A DNA stretch of 64,000 nt from Callorhinchus milii (taxonomy: Eukaryota): contig NW_024704743.1 in assembly GCF_018977255.1 (NCBI RefSeq), positions 96,226,001 through 96,290,000 on the forward strand, given 5' to 3'. The first letter of the stretch is position 1. Every line of letters starts with the position of its first letter. Below the pieces are notes generated by a model, which saw nothing but the letters and a program-made list of their open reading frames with translations, searched no databases and was not told where the DNA came from. A program made the position numbers and the translations under genes. Positions 24,556 to 37,467 of this stretch are shown piece by piece.

Positions 24556-27485
24556 GTTCTCTAGTCTACAGATATGTGCCTTGGTGGGGAAACCAAACCC
24601 CTAACTATAGCGTTGCATGGAGAAAATGACACTTTTGGATTTAACATAACTGGTGGAAGGCCCAATCTGGGAGGTTTTAATCTTTTCAGGTTTATTTTTC
24701 AGCAAGACCATTTTTCCAATATTTATCATACCTGATCCTAGTTGTCCTTATTTTGTATTCATCAAATATTAACTTACTCATCAACAAATCCCCCAAATAA
24801 AAATTGGTAACTCATTCCATGGTTGATTGTGGGACAAACTGGCTGCCGCATAGCCCTTTGAGACATATCGACGTGATAAAGTGCTGTATCAAATGCAAGG
24901 ATTATTATTATTAAATGTTTATTAATTTAATAATTAAATTATTATTATTAAATGATTATTATTATTAAATGCTCTTCAAATTAGAGCTATTTCCTAACTT
25001 TCCCCCATGTCTGCTCCTTCATTACATGCCCTCTTTGAGGTCACGCTAACGGACATGTGGTATGTGAAACATTTTGAGCCTAAAGATTTCTCTCCTGAGA
25101 AAAGTCTGAAGGAGGTAGGTATCTGTACCAAAAAAAGGCAAAAAAAAATTCTGCTGAAAACAGAATTACCTGAAAAGAAAGAATGTTTAAGTTAAAGGAA
25201 TATGTTGCCCAATGGACCTGCTCTCCAATGGGCCCTCCTACAGCAGCTTGCAACTTACAGCAAAATGTGACAGCCGTTTTCTTAAATCACCAGTTGTCTT
25301 AAAGCACTCTAAAATGGCAGAATTTACAGAGTAAACTTATGCTAGTACTCACGCAGGGTACTTCACCCATTAATAAGGGCCAATTAAGGTTTTTATGGTG
25401 ATAATGTAACATACAATTTTTAATGCAGAAAAAAGGCCTTTGAAATTTCATTAAGATTAGTTATTTTACTGTTCAGATTACATAATTAACACGACTCGGA
25501 CTATTGCAGTGTGTGTTTGTACACAAGACTAACGCCGTGCGTGTTTGTACACAGGTGAATTACACAGGATCAATATCGGATAGTTTCTGGTATGATTGCA
25601 CAAGAACCAAAATTAATTCATTTTTGGATCCAATGTAGAGAAAACTGAGGCTGCAATTGTTGGATGTGTTTTTGGCCAATAGGCAGATACGACCTTGGAT
25701 TCATATCTTATTCAAAACACAGAATCTCGGACATGTAGTTCTATCCTAGTACTACATTGGACATTCAATCTAAACTATGAGATCAAAGTCCCAGTGTTGT
25801 CACTTTGGAGTCAGCACTGTTAGCTGTGAGGGCTAACTGATTACAATTGGTGGTGCCTAGACTTTCATTTAAAGATCGGGATTTGTAAAGCTACAAAATA
25901 AACTGGGTCATATTTCATTACATTTCTAAAGTATGTGTCTCCAAATTTTCCTCAGTTGCTGTAAATAATCTACATGACCCTGTATACAGAGATCAGAGGT
26001 AGCCACAGGGTACTTTGAATTGCAGCTTTAATTCTAGACGACAACATGACTGGTTATTAACTTCTTTCTGCCATTAGACTGCAAAGTATCCTTGAAAAGT
26101 ATTTTAGGTGGGAACCTGGTACATTAAAACACACAGGGTGCTATAATAATCAGTTCATAATGAGTGTGAGAATTCCACAGAGAGTGGGCTGATGGTTCCC
26201 TCATTCACTGCTGCAGTTGTCGGATGTATTTTTGGTGACCTGGGGCATCAGTTTGGAACAACTCATCTCTCTTTATTACTGTGAGCACTCAGGAATGCGG
26301 GGCAGTAGTTCAATAGATTGCAGCTGGAATGTGCTCCCAATCGCAGGAGGTGATTAATAAATTATGTTCTCAGGCTTTATAGCACTAGTGCATTTGATGT
26401 TTTAAAGGATTTGTTTCATGGATCTGAAATAGGTTTCTAAATAATAGATGTTGGTGTGTGAGATAAAAACAAGGCCATGTCTACCTTTGAAAACTTGCAC
26501 AGTGGGTGCCACATGGCAAGGTGTCACACCTAGAGTTCCCTGTGGATACAAGTGCCAAAGACTAGGTGTGAAGATTTTTTTTCATTAACCCAGATGATGG
26601 GGCCAAGGCCTGTGGTGCGCTAAGAGGGTACTGGGATGTTTGGAGCTGGGAGGAACAAGAGAAGTCATTTCTCCCTCCAAGAAAGATGAGATGGCAGCCA
26701 AATTAAGACTGAATTTAAGAACATTCCCCAATCCTGCATGATTTGAAGCAATGATCTTGAGGCTAAGATCATGAGAAATTTCAGGGCTTTGATGATGAAC
26801 ATTCTCTTGTAGAGAATTTCAGGCCTTTGATGACGGGCATTCTTGGGAGTGCAAGGAAGATGCTCGAAGACCCAGATATGGAAATGCAAGTCTTGGATTA
26901 ACTTTGGATTTATAGAGAGTAGGGATGTTTTATTAATTCCTTTCCCCCCAAAGCCTCCAATGTCATGTGCTCTACAAACTAAGACTCTATATATCATGTG
27001 GTTGTCTATCTATAATAATAATGAAAAGATTATTATTACCTCAGCCAATTCTGTGTTGTCTGCGATGCCGGCTGCATGAAGCGTTTTGAGACTGACATGA
27101 AAAAGTGCCGTATAAATGTAAATTGTTGTTGTTGATGTTATTGATTATAGATTCCCTCCATAGCAAAACTCCTTTTTAAAGTAGTGCTTGGGAGCGAGGT
27201 ATCCTTGAATACATCATACAGGGTGGTAAATAGTGCCTTGATTCAGCGCAGTGTTCTTTTTAGTGTGGGTTTGCTGGAAGTGAGATATGCCTGGCTTCCG
27301 GTGCTGACTAGCTGGATTCTCATGTTAAAATATGGCTGTCTTCTGGGTCTCCAGGTCACCACTGAAATAATCTATATGTTGCGGACATGCACAGGAGGGG
27401 CTGCTGATGTTATTTCCTGTATGTGGTACATATTTTTAAGCGCCACTAACGTTACTTTGTGAATACATAGGCAATGGTTCCTTCT

Positions 27486-27685
27486 AAGAACATAAGAACA
27501 TAAGAATTAGGAGCAGGAGTAGGCCATTCGGCCCCTCGAGCCTGCCCCGCCATTTGATAAGATCATGGCTGATCTTCAGACCTAACTCTAATTACCTGCC
27601 CTATCCCCATATCCCCTAATCCCTCTATTTTTTAAAAATCTATCAGTCTCAGCCTTGAAGATGTTCAAGGACTGAGCATCTACAG
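27486..27685 (-). mobile_element. CR1-type 3' end with (TTCTTATG)n tail, inserted into another CR1 tail
   Basis: aagaacataagaacataagaattaggagcaggagtaggccattcggcccctcgagcc; flanked by ccttct at 27480-27485 and 27686-27691. Confidence 0.85.
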
Positions 27686-29137
27686 CCTTCTGTGCTGTAA
27701 AATGTTACGATTTTATGATTTTGCAAGGATACTGTAAAAGTTGAGTCTGGAATGGCCAGAATATATACTATCAATCAAGCAATGATACTCTGATGAATAG
27801 GTTGAAAAAACACTCAAACATCAAAAAAGAATGTGTCTTTTGCAGAGACCCACTCAGGTCTCAGCTCTGACCTGAGATAGACTTGAAATCAAAGTATCAC
27901 CTGTCGATGTGATGTGAATGGGCCTTCCTGCAGGAAACGTACTAGTGCCCCAAGTCACTTTATCCAGTATGAGGTGACACTTACACAGTTATCTTGCTGT
28001 TCGAGCACTTTTCAACCCCATAAATTGAATTATTATCAGTAAAAGGGCTCAGTTGGGAAATAAAATCTGCAAATTACACTTTCAGTCTGTTTCCTTACTT
28101 TAGAAACAGTTGATTATTGTTTTCATTCATTAATAGGAACTTTCCATATTGAATGTCTAATTTAATGCATTTCAAATGTCTACCAGTGGTTAAGAATGGC
28201 AGCTGTGTGCTTCATACAGGCACCCAGTTTCTTCATGTTCTGGTTTTCCATCTTTTAGAAGCTGCATGTTTTCACAGTCTTTACTTTATAAAATACCAGC
28301 TTATTCTGTCTGCATTCCATTGCTCACCCTTGACCAAGTGAGTGCTCTCAGCTGTATCCTCCCCTCTTGCCACAGCTTTTAACTGATAGCTTACCTAGCT
28401 CAGCCTGATTTCCTCATCCACAGTGGCACCTGTGCAAAAAACAAATACGGTATATTATTCCGACCAATATTTGCCTGAATAAGATTGCAATAAAATGTTC
28501 TAATGGAACTCCATCCTAGGCCAGGATCCTGCTGTCAACAATTTCTCTACAACTTTTTTTTTGGTCGTTCGGATGTCTGAGGCGTGCAGAAACCCACCAG
28601 AATGTTTAAGATTATCCAAACCAGACTGAGTGTTCCACGTATGAATGCCACCCACACATGGAAATTCCATGTAATGTAATGGAATGCACCTCTCTCCGTG
28701 GAGGGATGCACCCTGCTTACCTTATCCCAGAGAATATTAGGTGTAGGTTGGCAAGAGCCCAGGCTTGTGGATCCCCAAGTGTGCATTGAAAGCATTGTCT
28801 GGCAAGCTTTCCAGCTACTTGTCCCACTAGGATCATCTAAGATATGTAGCTCCAACATCACACTGCAATGCCTCTGTGAGAAAATGGACCCCAATGCCTC
28901 TCAAATATGAGTTACAGGAAGGTGCATAAGTGCATTTTTAATCCTGATCTATTCACATGTATTGGGTATAATTTGCAATTTGGCTTAATTTGTGGCATTT
29001 TGCTTATGAAGATTAACAGAAGATATCACAGTTTAGACTGTAATATTGCTCAGCAGATTTCTCAAATAAGAACTGTGGATTCACTAAATGACCAAAAGAT
29101 TGAATGAGCGAGCTCCAGTTTTAGAAATTCAATAATT

Positions 29138-29315
29138 GGGTCTAATTTGTGGTGCCTCTTGATAAGGAATTTGAATTGCACAACTGGGGGCTGCTTCTGG
29201 TAACTGGAAGTACATCACACTGACTGTGTCTGACTGGAGTTCCTGTGGATCAATGGGAATTCTGCTGGGATTTCTTATTATGGAACCCTGTTAAGAAATA
29301 TTGCAAATTAGACCC
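29138..29315. mobile_element. MITE, copy 2 (178 bp)
   Basis: Perfect 12-bp TIR gggtctaatttg / caaattagaccc, extendable with transition mismatches; internal homology to 2769-2973. Confidence 0.65.
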
Positions 29316-29364
29316 CAACGTTTAATTTCTTCCTCAAGGACACTATTGTTAACTTATCAGACAC

Positions 29365-29742
29365 CAGGTCAGTCACATAACGGGTCAAGTAACATGTCAG
29401 TATCTTGACATATAACGTGTCAGGTAACACGTCAATAACTTGTCACATAACTTGTTAGGTTACATGTCAGGTAATATGTTGGTAACTTGTCATGTAACTA
29501 CCACTCCTGCACTAACCACTAACCTCGTTCCCCGAGCTCTAGATCCCAAGAACCTCGCAATCGCTTCCACAATAACCTCATTCCCTCATTCCTCACTGGT
29601 TTATTATATCGTTCCCCTGCTCCATTCATCTCGTTATGTTCCACTCGCCTCTTAATATGTCTGTAACCTGTCATATCGATAACGTGTCAGGTAACTTATC
29701 AGGTAACATATTGATTACATGTCAGCAACTTGTCAGTAACTG
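29365..29742. repeat. Degenerate 11-12 bp minisatellite (TGTCAGGTAAC[AT]) split by an unrelated segment of about 155 bp
   Basis: Arrays at about 29365-29500 and 29656-29742, with units such as gtgtcaggtaacac, atgtcaggtaatat and ttgtcagtaac. Confidence 0.8.
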
Positions 29743-29744
29743 AC

Positions 29745-29955
29745 TCTGTCCCAGAATTCCTCTGATATACCCCTTGCTCCCCACTTTGAGTATCTCTCTG
29801 AAGACTTACCACTTTGACTGCACTTTCAGTCATCTTTCCCCTCCCCACCCTCTTCAGCTCCCACCCTCTGTCTTGGATGCCCAGCCACCGCTGTAAAGCA
29901 CTTTGAAACATCCTCCCAACATGAAGGGTGCTATGTTTATGTAAATTGCATTGTA
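29745..29955 (+). mobile_element. L2 3' end fragment
   Basis: tttgactgcactttcagtcatc...aaagcactttgaaacatcctcccaacatgaagggtgcta. Confidence 0.7.
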
Positions 29956-31611
29956 TAACATGGTGAGGGGTGAGAAACGTGACATTTCATAATAGATAGG
30001 TTGTGAAATATATTGATATCTTGCATTTTTCAGCTCTTCATGTGCTTTTTTTTACCTATTCTGTGTCTAAAAGATTTCCTGGTCTTCACTCATGTTTAAG
30101 ATCTTAACCGTTCTGCTTCTCCCGGGAACAGAATCAGGTCATGGAACCATGAAATACAGGAATGGGAAGTCGAACAGGTTTGAGTTTTCTAAAGTTAAAA
30201 TGAAAAGATCTCGCCACATGCTCGTAATCCAAAAGGGTCCGTGCACCTTCAAAACATTTTGCAAACAACCTGAGAGATAAAAGAAAGTGCTCGCTCACAG
30301 AAGGTTTTCATAACATCCAAAATCCTTTCCAGATGGATAGGATTGATCTACGGGAAGCTACTTCTATTGACCATTTTATGTGGCTAGTGACCATCTTCTC
30401 GTTTTGCCTCATTACTGGGAGATGCTCTTTTATCTGTAACACACAATTAGAAAGTTTGTTTTGGTGTCTGCAACCTATCTAGCAAATACTCTATTCAGTA
30501 TAGTCTTTTTATCAGTTTAGATCTTACTTCTCACAGAATCTTCCAATCCGTTTCTCTCTCCCCTCCCACTCTTGCCCTCCTCCCCAAACCCCTGTCTCTT
30601 TGTTTCTTTTTCCTTGATCTTCTTTTGACTCCCAGTGTTAGTCATGGGCTTCAGAGGGATATTAGCATGAAAAAAATTTTAACATCCATGACTGAAAAAT
30701 GAAAAATGTTTGTGTGTGTGGCTGAAAGCTGAACCCTAGTGGTGACAGCAGCATTAGACTCGGGGAGTAGAATTCATTATTCACAGTTAAATAGACTATC
30801 AGAGGGCAGGAACTTTCAAAATGCACCGTGACTGCCCAGTGTGTCTCACTAAGGCAACAAATCAACCCTTTATGTTTTAAGTAAACTGCAAATACTTCAA
30901 ACATTTTTACTCCCCTCCCTCAGTAATTTAACCTGCCCTTAATTTGCCAGGTCGCCATTATTCCAAAAGCCCTGAAAATGTAGTCTCAGAAGTTTTAACA
31001 GACGAAATGGGAAGAATCTGAGTTATTCTCACTTAGAAGAAGTGAGAATTTTCCCCACTGTGAGTTTGCAAAGTTTGGGCCACATTTATTTCCAAAAATT
31101 AAGATTAATTTCCTTGTGATGTGCAGCAGTTGTTGCATTGTCATTTAAGTATTGTGTTGACAGCAAGATGTTCGTGCATGCATGGATGAATCAAAGTTGG
31201 AATTTTCTCAGGGGTTCCATGTTTCCCAAATAACGGTAGATGAGGCTGGCAGATGAGCCTGAAAATCAGAATACTTTGCTCCTGGCTTTTTGGGGATTCG
31301 TCCTTTGTTATTACAGGCTCCTAATGAAAATTCTAACTACTTTATCAAAGTAAAGTTACAAAATAACATGGAGGTGTCATGCAGGTGAGGGAAGTTACTG
31401 TTCACTTGCTCCAAGCCTGCAACTTTTCACTGTCAAGACTGATCTGTTTTCAGAGGCAAAGGAGGATTATGCAGAGCTGGGAAAATACACCACTAACTGG
31501 CCCTGGAGACATGATTTCACACTGAAGGCAAACGCATAGTGCAAAAGCTGCATATATTTAGATCTCAAGTTATCCTTCACAACCCCCCCCCACTTCCGTT
31601 TGTGTATTTGT

Positions 31612-31935
31612 AACAACAGCAAATTGCATTAATATAGAGCCTTTCACATTGGAGGACGGCCCAAGGTGCTGGACAGTCGAGGGTTTGCAACCGAGCTGGG
31701 GGTTGGATTCGGGAGCAGAGGGGGTGGAGATGGAGGGGTGGGGGGGGAGGATGACTGAAAGTGCAGTCAAAGAGAAAGATCTTGAAGTGGACCGAGGAGC
31801 GAGGCAAAGGAATTCCGGAGTACATTTCTAGCGAGGATCAGCCTGACTGCTGATGGCAGAGTGGGTATGGCGGGGGATGTGAAGGCAAGACTGCGGAGGG
31901 TTTTAAAAGTGAGGATGAAGATCTTGAACTCAATC
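31612..31935 (-). mobile_element. L2 3' fragment
   Basis: aacaacagcaaattgcattaatatagagcctttcacattgg...gtgaggatgaagatcttgaa. Confidence 0.75.
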
Positions 31936-33504
31936 CACCTGGTGCCTTCCCTTCACCTGTGTGAAGAGTTGACGATGGGCTGGAGTTTGCTGTGAATGGG
32001 GAGGGGAAGGTGGTTGGGGAAGTGGGGGGCGCACTGTTTGAAGGGGAAGATTTACCAGCTCTCACACATGGAAAAGATAATGAGAGTCCGGAGGCCCCCG
32101 GTTGCATGTTGGGCGCTTGTCTTCTTAGAACACACCTGCTTCTTATTTATTTATCATTCCAACACTTCAAACCCTCCCCGAAAAAAATGAAGAATGGCGT
32201 TGAATGTGTCCTGAGGACTCAAATGCTTAACTGCCTTGATCTCAGCCTTATAAATAGCTGCTTAGAACCAGTTTCAAAATTAAGAAATTTTAAGAATTTC
32301 TCCAAACTTCTGTGTGTTGTTAAATCTGAAGAATATGATGTTAAGGCTAAGTCCATGAGAATTCCTTACCAACTGATGTTCTGAGCTGTGAAACCCTTTG
32401 GTGTTCCTCATGTATTCTTCCCTCTGTGATCGGCCTCTCTCTTTGTTCTTCTGTTGGCCCCGAGACAAGGTTCGTGCCTGGGAACAATTTATTGCCTATA
32501 TATAACATCCAGCTTTGCTGAGCTGTTTGATGGAGGACAATGTAACAGATGGATTCAGGAGTTGCAATCATTTTTCTGAGTTACTGTCTCAGCCCTGGAA
32601 TGAACACAAAACTACTGATCCCTGTATCTCAGGCATTGGTGCGTTGTATAGTAATCATAATAACAGGATATATTTCTCATGCTAGCTGCATTATTGTATT
32701 GCTGCATTCTGCTATCTTTTTTTAAAAAAGTCTATTTTAATATTTTTAAATTCATTCCCTCTACCTCTAAAGCACTTTCTTCATTGGTTTTGTTATAAAT
32801 TTTAGGTCAACACTTTGATTAATTATTTTGAACCCACACAGTCCTCTCAAGCAGCTGAAATGTTACTTAATGAGATATTCTTCTGGTTATTGTGTGGGTT
32901 TAAAATTGGTACAGAGTGTAAGGGTGTAATGTTTTGTTTACTGAGAAATGTAGGGAAGAATCAAGCTCCATAACGAAAGACACCACCAGTGTTAAAAAGA
33001 ATAGGCAAGAGGATAAGATAAATCATGTGTTAGTGGTTCAGTGACACCAAGCTTGGGTTTTAAAAGCTGACAGACAGATCGTAGGAGGAGAGGAAAACTA
33101 AGACAAGGAAGGAGCTTCATTAGTTTTAAGACCTGGGAAAGAATGTGTTAGAGTACGAGGCAAATGAGGCTTGATTTCAACACAGTGAGGAAGCAGGCAA
33201 AGGAGGATGGCATAAAGGAATTTCAAAGGGGCAGTGACCCTAGAAGTACAGTACTGTATTGATAAAGTAGTGAAAGACAGACAAGTTGCAATGGAGAAAG
33301 GCTGGAGTGTTGTTTACTTGTGTGGATGTGTTTATTCTTCTGCCAATATCTGACAGGGAGAATACTATATTTTTACTGCAAAGAAAGGTCTTTTAAATAT
33401 ACTTTCACATGAATTTACGTTTACCTTCAAAATACAGTCACTACACTTTACAGTATATCTTGTGAAGCTCTTTCAGATGTTCTCTTGAAATGGAAGACAC
33501 TATA

Positions 33505-33790
33505 TCAACAACAACAACAAATTGCATTTCCCGTTAGGATGAGGTCCCAAGGCGTTGGACGGTCAAGAGTTTTGCACCTGAGCTGGGGGTTGGAGTCAAA
33601 GAGGGATGGGGCTAAGGGGGATAGGAGGATGACCGAAAGCACGGTCCAAGAGGAAGATCCTCGGTCCTTGAAGGAATCCGGGATGGCGTTCCAGAGGGTG
33701 GGAGCAGAAAGGCTGAAGGCACGACTGCCGGTGGTGGGGCGGGCAGGGCAGGGACATGGAGCAGGCCAGTGCCCACTGAGCAGAGGGAAC
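33505..33790 (-). mobile_element. L2 3' fragment
   Basis: caacaacaacaaattgcattt...ttccagagggtgggagcagaaaggctgaaggc. Confidence 0.75.
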
Positions 33791-34062
33791 AGGAAGGTTG
33801 TTAAGGTGTTATTTGCATTTAATATAACATCTTAGTTGGTAAGGCATTTTATCAAAAGCAAGAATATTATTAGTTATTAGTATTATTATTATCAGTGTTA
33901 CCAGTAGCACAAGTGAGCTACTTGTGCTGTTTTCTATATCTCCGATGGTTGAAACTTGCTCCAGCATGAAATCCTCCTCCCCTCAGGGGGCTAAAATGGA
34001 GGAAATAAGAACTACCTTGAAATTCTCTTATAATCAGACGTGATAAAACTGAAATAGATCTG

Positions 34063-34167
34063 AACTTCTGTTTGAAATGACAATATAATGTAGCCCCGTA
34101 TAAAGGCTGCTCTCACAAAAACACAACCCCAGGATTTTATTTAATAAATTACGGTGAATCAATGGTT
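34063..34167 (+). repeat. 105-bp direct repeat, copy 1
   Basis: Ungapped match to 35528-35632 with 8 mismatches counted by eye. Confidence 0.9.
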
Positions 34168-34697
34168 CTTTGAGTCTCTTAATCATTTCCAATAGTTCTG
34201 TTCTTTTGCTGTGGCCTTGAAACAAATCATGTGCTGAGTAAAGCGATTAGTGCTGTCAGGGGAAAAGACTGGATTCTATGTGCAGTTTCCTGTGGTGGTG
34301 CTTGAGTTTATCATTGAGACACTGAGGAGCACCTATCAAGTGTATTATTACACTGGCGTTAACTGCAGATCACAACCAATGGTCTGGCTAATTTATGGAA
34401 AAGGAAGATGGAGCTTCATCCTAATGGTGGTGGCAGAGTCAAGGTTCTTAACAAAGGGATACATATTGTTCCCAAGTTCAAGTCCTCAAGTGTCCCTCTT
34501 TTCCTCATCTATATGGGGTTAGATTCCATATAAAAGCTGATGACTCCCAAACTTCACCACATCTAACCTTGACTCCAGGCCCACTGTTGTTCAGAGCTCC
34601 TGCCTGTCAGATATCAAGTCCTGGATGATCCTCAACTTTATTCAGCTAAACATGGACAGGATAATAATAATCCTTGCATTTGATATACATTGTAGGT

Positions 34698-35155
34698 TAC
34701 GAGGATGATACCAGGGCTGGCACGTTACTGCTATCAGGATAGACTAGATAGGCTGGGCTTTTTTTCACTAGAGAAGGGATGTTTAAGGGGGGACTTACTA
34801 GAAATATTAAAAATTATAAAAGGGTTCAGTAAGGTTAATATACATAAGCTTTTTCCATTGGTTGAGGAGTCCATAACCAGGGGACACAAATATAAGATAG
34901 TGACTAGGGGGTCTAAAAGGTAATTTAGGAAGAACTACTTCTTGTAGAAAGCAGTGAGATTGTGAAACTAGCTGCCTGAAGCAGTGGTTGAATCAGGCAG
35001 TATAGATGCACTAAGAGGAAGCTAGACTTTCACATGAAGAGAGGGGAATAGAAGAGTATGGGAAGGAGTAAGAAATGGATGGTGTGGAGTATAAACCCCG
35101 GCATGGACTTCTTGGACCAAGTGACCAATGTTGGGTCTGAGACTTACGAACTAAG
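34698..35155 (+). mobile_element. CR1 LINE 3' fragment
   Basis: ORF 34705-34923 RLDRLGFFSLEKGCLRGDLLEILKIIKGF...TRGHKYK is a typical CR1 ORF2 C-terminus. Confidence 0.88.
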
Positions 35156-35186
35156 ATTTCTCACCTCAGGGTCACACCTGGAGAGG

Positions 35187-35203
35187 GGCGCCACCTGCTG
35201 GCA
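35187..35203 (-). promoter_or_regulatory. Candidate CTCF site
   Basis: Reverse complement TGCCAGCAGGTGGCGCC is a near-consensus CTCF core with its CpG retained; motif match only. Confidence 0.55.
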
Positions 35204-35527
35204 TTTTTTTAAACTAGAAACAAAACACGTTTAGGAATACAGCAGGCATTACCTCACGGCCTTGAAAGTAATTTGGGAATAACGACGTTGGATCATCATT
35301 AACTGGAATAAAAACAGCGGCAATTTAGAGTGTGATAAGCATGTGGGAGAAATCATTGTGTAGAAGTCAGGGGATAGTACTCACTCACTCACTCACTCCT
35401 GTTAAAGACAGGTTTCAAGGACATGTTTTAACCACATTTTCTGTCTCGTCATTAAAGCAATCCTGGTGTTGATTAAGATGTTATATAGAATTAATAATAG
35501 TGCATTTTTTGTGGAAGGTCTCCACAA

Positions 35528-35632
35528 AACTTCTGTTTGAAATGACAATGCAATGTAGCTCTGTATAAAGGCTGTCCTCACAAAAATACAACCCCAGGAT
35601 TTTATTTAATAAATTACGGTGAACCAATGGTT
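35528..35632 (+). repeat. 105-bp direct repeat, copy 2
   Basis: See 34063-34167. Confidence 0.9.
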
Positions 35633-35904
35633 TATAGGTGAACACAGCAGCTAATTTATGCCCAACAATGTTTCACAATCAGCCATGAAGTGAGTGACCC
35701 ATTTTTATATGAGGGATTGTTAGCCAGAACACAGGGAGAAACTCCCTTTTCTTTTCAAATAACACATGGGACTCGATTCAACGTGTCATCCAGAGGACCG
35801 CTGACAAACCACCAGCACTGCATTGCAGTGTCTGCCTGGACTATAGTGGTGTTCAGAGTCCTGACTTGGAGGTGAGAGTCCTACCAATTGAGCCAGGCTG
35901 ACAC
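35633..35904 (-). mobile_element. Deu-domain SINE (family B), tail missing
   Basis: Ends in ctaccaattgagccaggctgacac (head); the 3' side stops at the 105-bp repeat. Confidence 0.7.
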
Positions 35905-36894
35905 CCTAGAATGGTGGAGCAAATGATTCTCACTCTCTGAGGTCAGTACATTTACCAACGATTTGAGAAGCTCCCCTAAAGAAATTTGTATTTGTTTACC
36001 AAGTCAGTTTATCGAACTAATTCATCATTTAGCGTTTGCCACAGGCTGGCTAAGTAGCCTGAATGTGAAAACTCTGGTAATAAGTAATTTCTTATGTGCC
36101 ATTGATGGGTTTGATAAAATAGAGTAGAGCGGTATTGAAGTGTGTAAGAAGAAGGAGGAGGAAACTGAACTTTTTAACAACTTGCAAGGATCTGAGTTGC
36201 ATGTAAATGACTTTGACTGCACCTGAATATTTATTTCAACCTCTCCTGGTTTTAAAGAATTTTGACATTAATTGAAGTAATGAAATCAGCTTTACTCCCA
36301 CTTGGAGTATTCCTGTTAATAATATTGTAATGTATCAAAGGCCTTCAGTGGCATATGCATATTCAGATGCTCATCTGCTGCCAAGCTTCCCCCAGGTCTT
36401 AATTTGAAGCTACCATCAGTCAGCCTTAATCCACTATCTGTTTAATGAAGATAAATACTATAATGTTATGTGTATTTTTCTCTCTCAGTATTAGTTATGT
36501 TGAGGCTCTTTGCAGGCCACTGTTGTGGAGCATCACACTCTGGTTCCTCGATGGTAGGGATTGTTCACTCTGAATATATATTCACAAATATATTTACATT
36601 ATCCTGAAATCCTGTGGGAAGATCTGCTGAATGGCAGCCACATCTGTGGCCAGTTCATCTTGTGATGAAGCTCTCCCGTCTCATTCTACTGTCTCCCGTC
36701 CGTCTGTTGAGGTCCTTCCACTCCACAGTAAGGATGGTTTGCAATGAGATTGAGGCCCCTTGCTACTTTGACTTTAGACATAGGAGACTGAGATGTTGAC
36801 ATGAAAATCCATAAACACGGTCCAAGAAAATGTTCATTTCGCTTATCAAATGTCAGTTTGGCACAGTTAACCTAATCAATTATTCACCTCATCG

Positions 36895-37410
36895 CTATTC
36901 ACTTCTCTAGCCTCTCCTCATACCTAAGTCCCGCATTCCTGGTACCATTGTGGTAAACCTTCTTTGCACCCTCTCCAAGGCCTTGACATCCTTCCTAAAA
37001 TGTGGTGCCCAGAACTGAACACAGTCCTTTGGCTGAGGCTTAAACAGTGTTTTATAAAGGTGACTTTGTATTCTATGCCCCTATTTATAAATAGTATCCT
37101 GTATGCTTTTTTAACATCTTTATCTACCTGTCCAGCCACCTTCAAAGATTTACTTATCTGAACTCCCAGGTCTCTCTGTTCTATCACCCCCTTTAAGATT
37201 GTACCATCAGCTTATATTGTTTCTTCTCATTCTTCTTTCCAAAATGCATCACTTCGCATTTCTCCGCATTAGATTTCATCTGCCTGTGTCTGCCCATTTT
37301 ACCAGTCAGTCTATGTCCTCTTGCAGTCTGCTACTTTTCCTAGCTTAGTATCATCTGCAAATTTGGAAGTTGTACTCCCTATACCCAAGTCCATGTCATT
37401 TATATAGATG
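36895..37410 (-). mobile_element. CR1 LINE RT/C-terminal fragment
   Basis: Reverse strand encodes KFADDTKL (gtatcatctgcaaattt) and QRDLGVQISKSLKVAGQVDK. Confidence 0.88.
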
Positions 37411-37467
37411 CATATAGATTTATTCTGCAATCTCTTTCAGCCCTATTCTCCTGCACTTAACCTAGTT

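Noticed and set aside
29365..29742. CRISPR-like array
   Set aside because: Short degenerate tandem units without unique spacers, in a eukaryotic context with no cas genes
34063..35632. LTR retrotransposon or TRIM
   Set aside because: No TG...CA termini, PBS, PPT or TSD evident; the interior consists of unrelated LINE fragments
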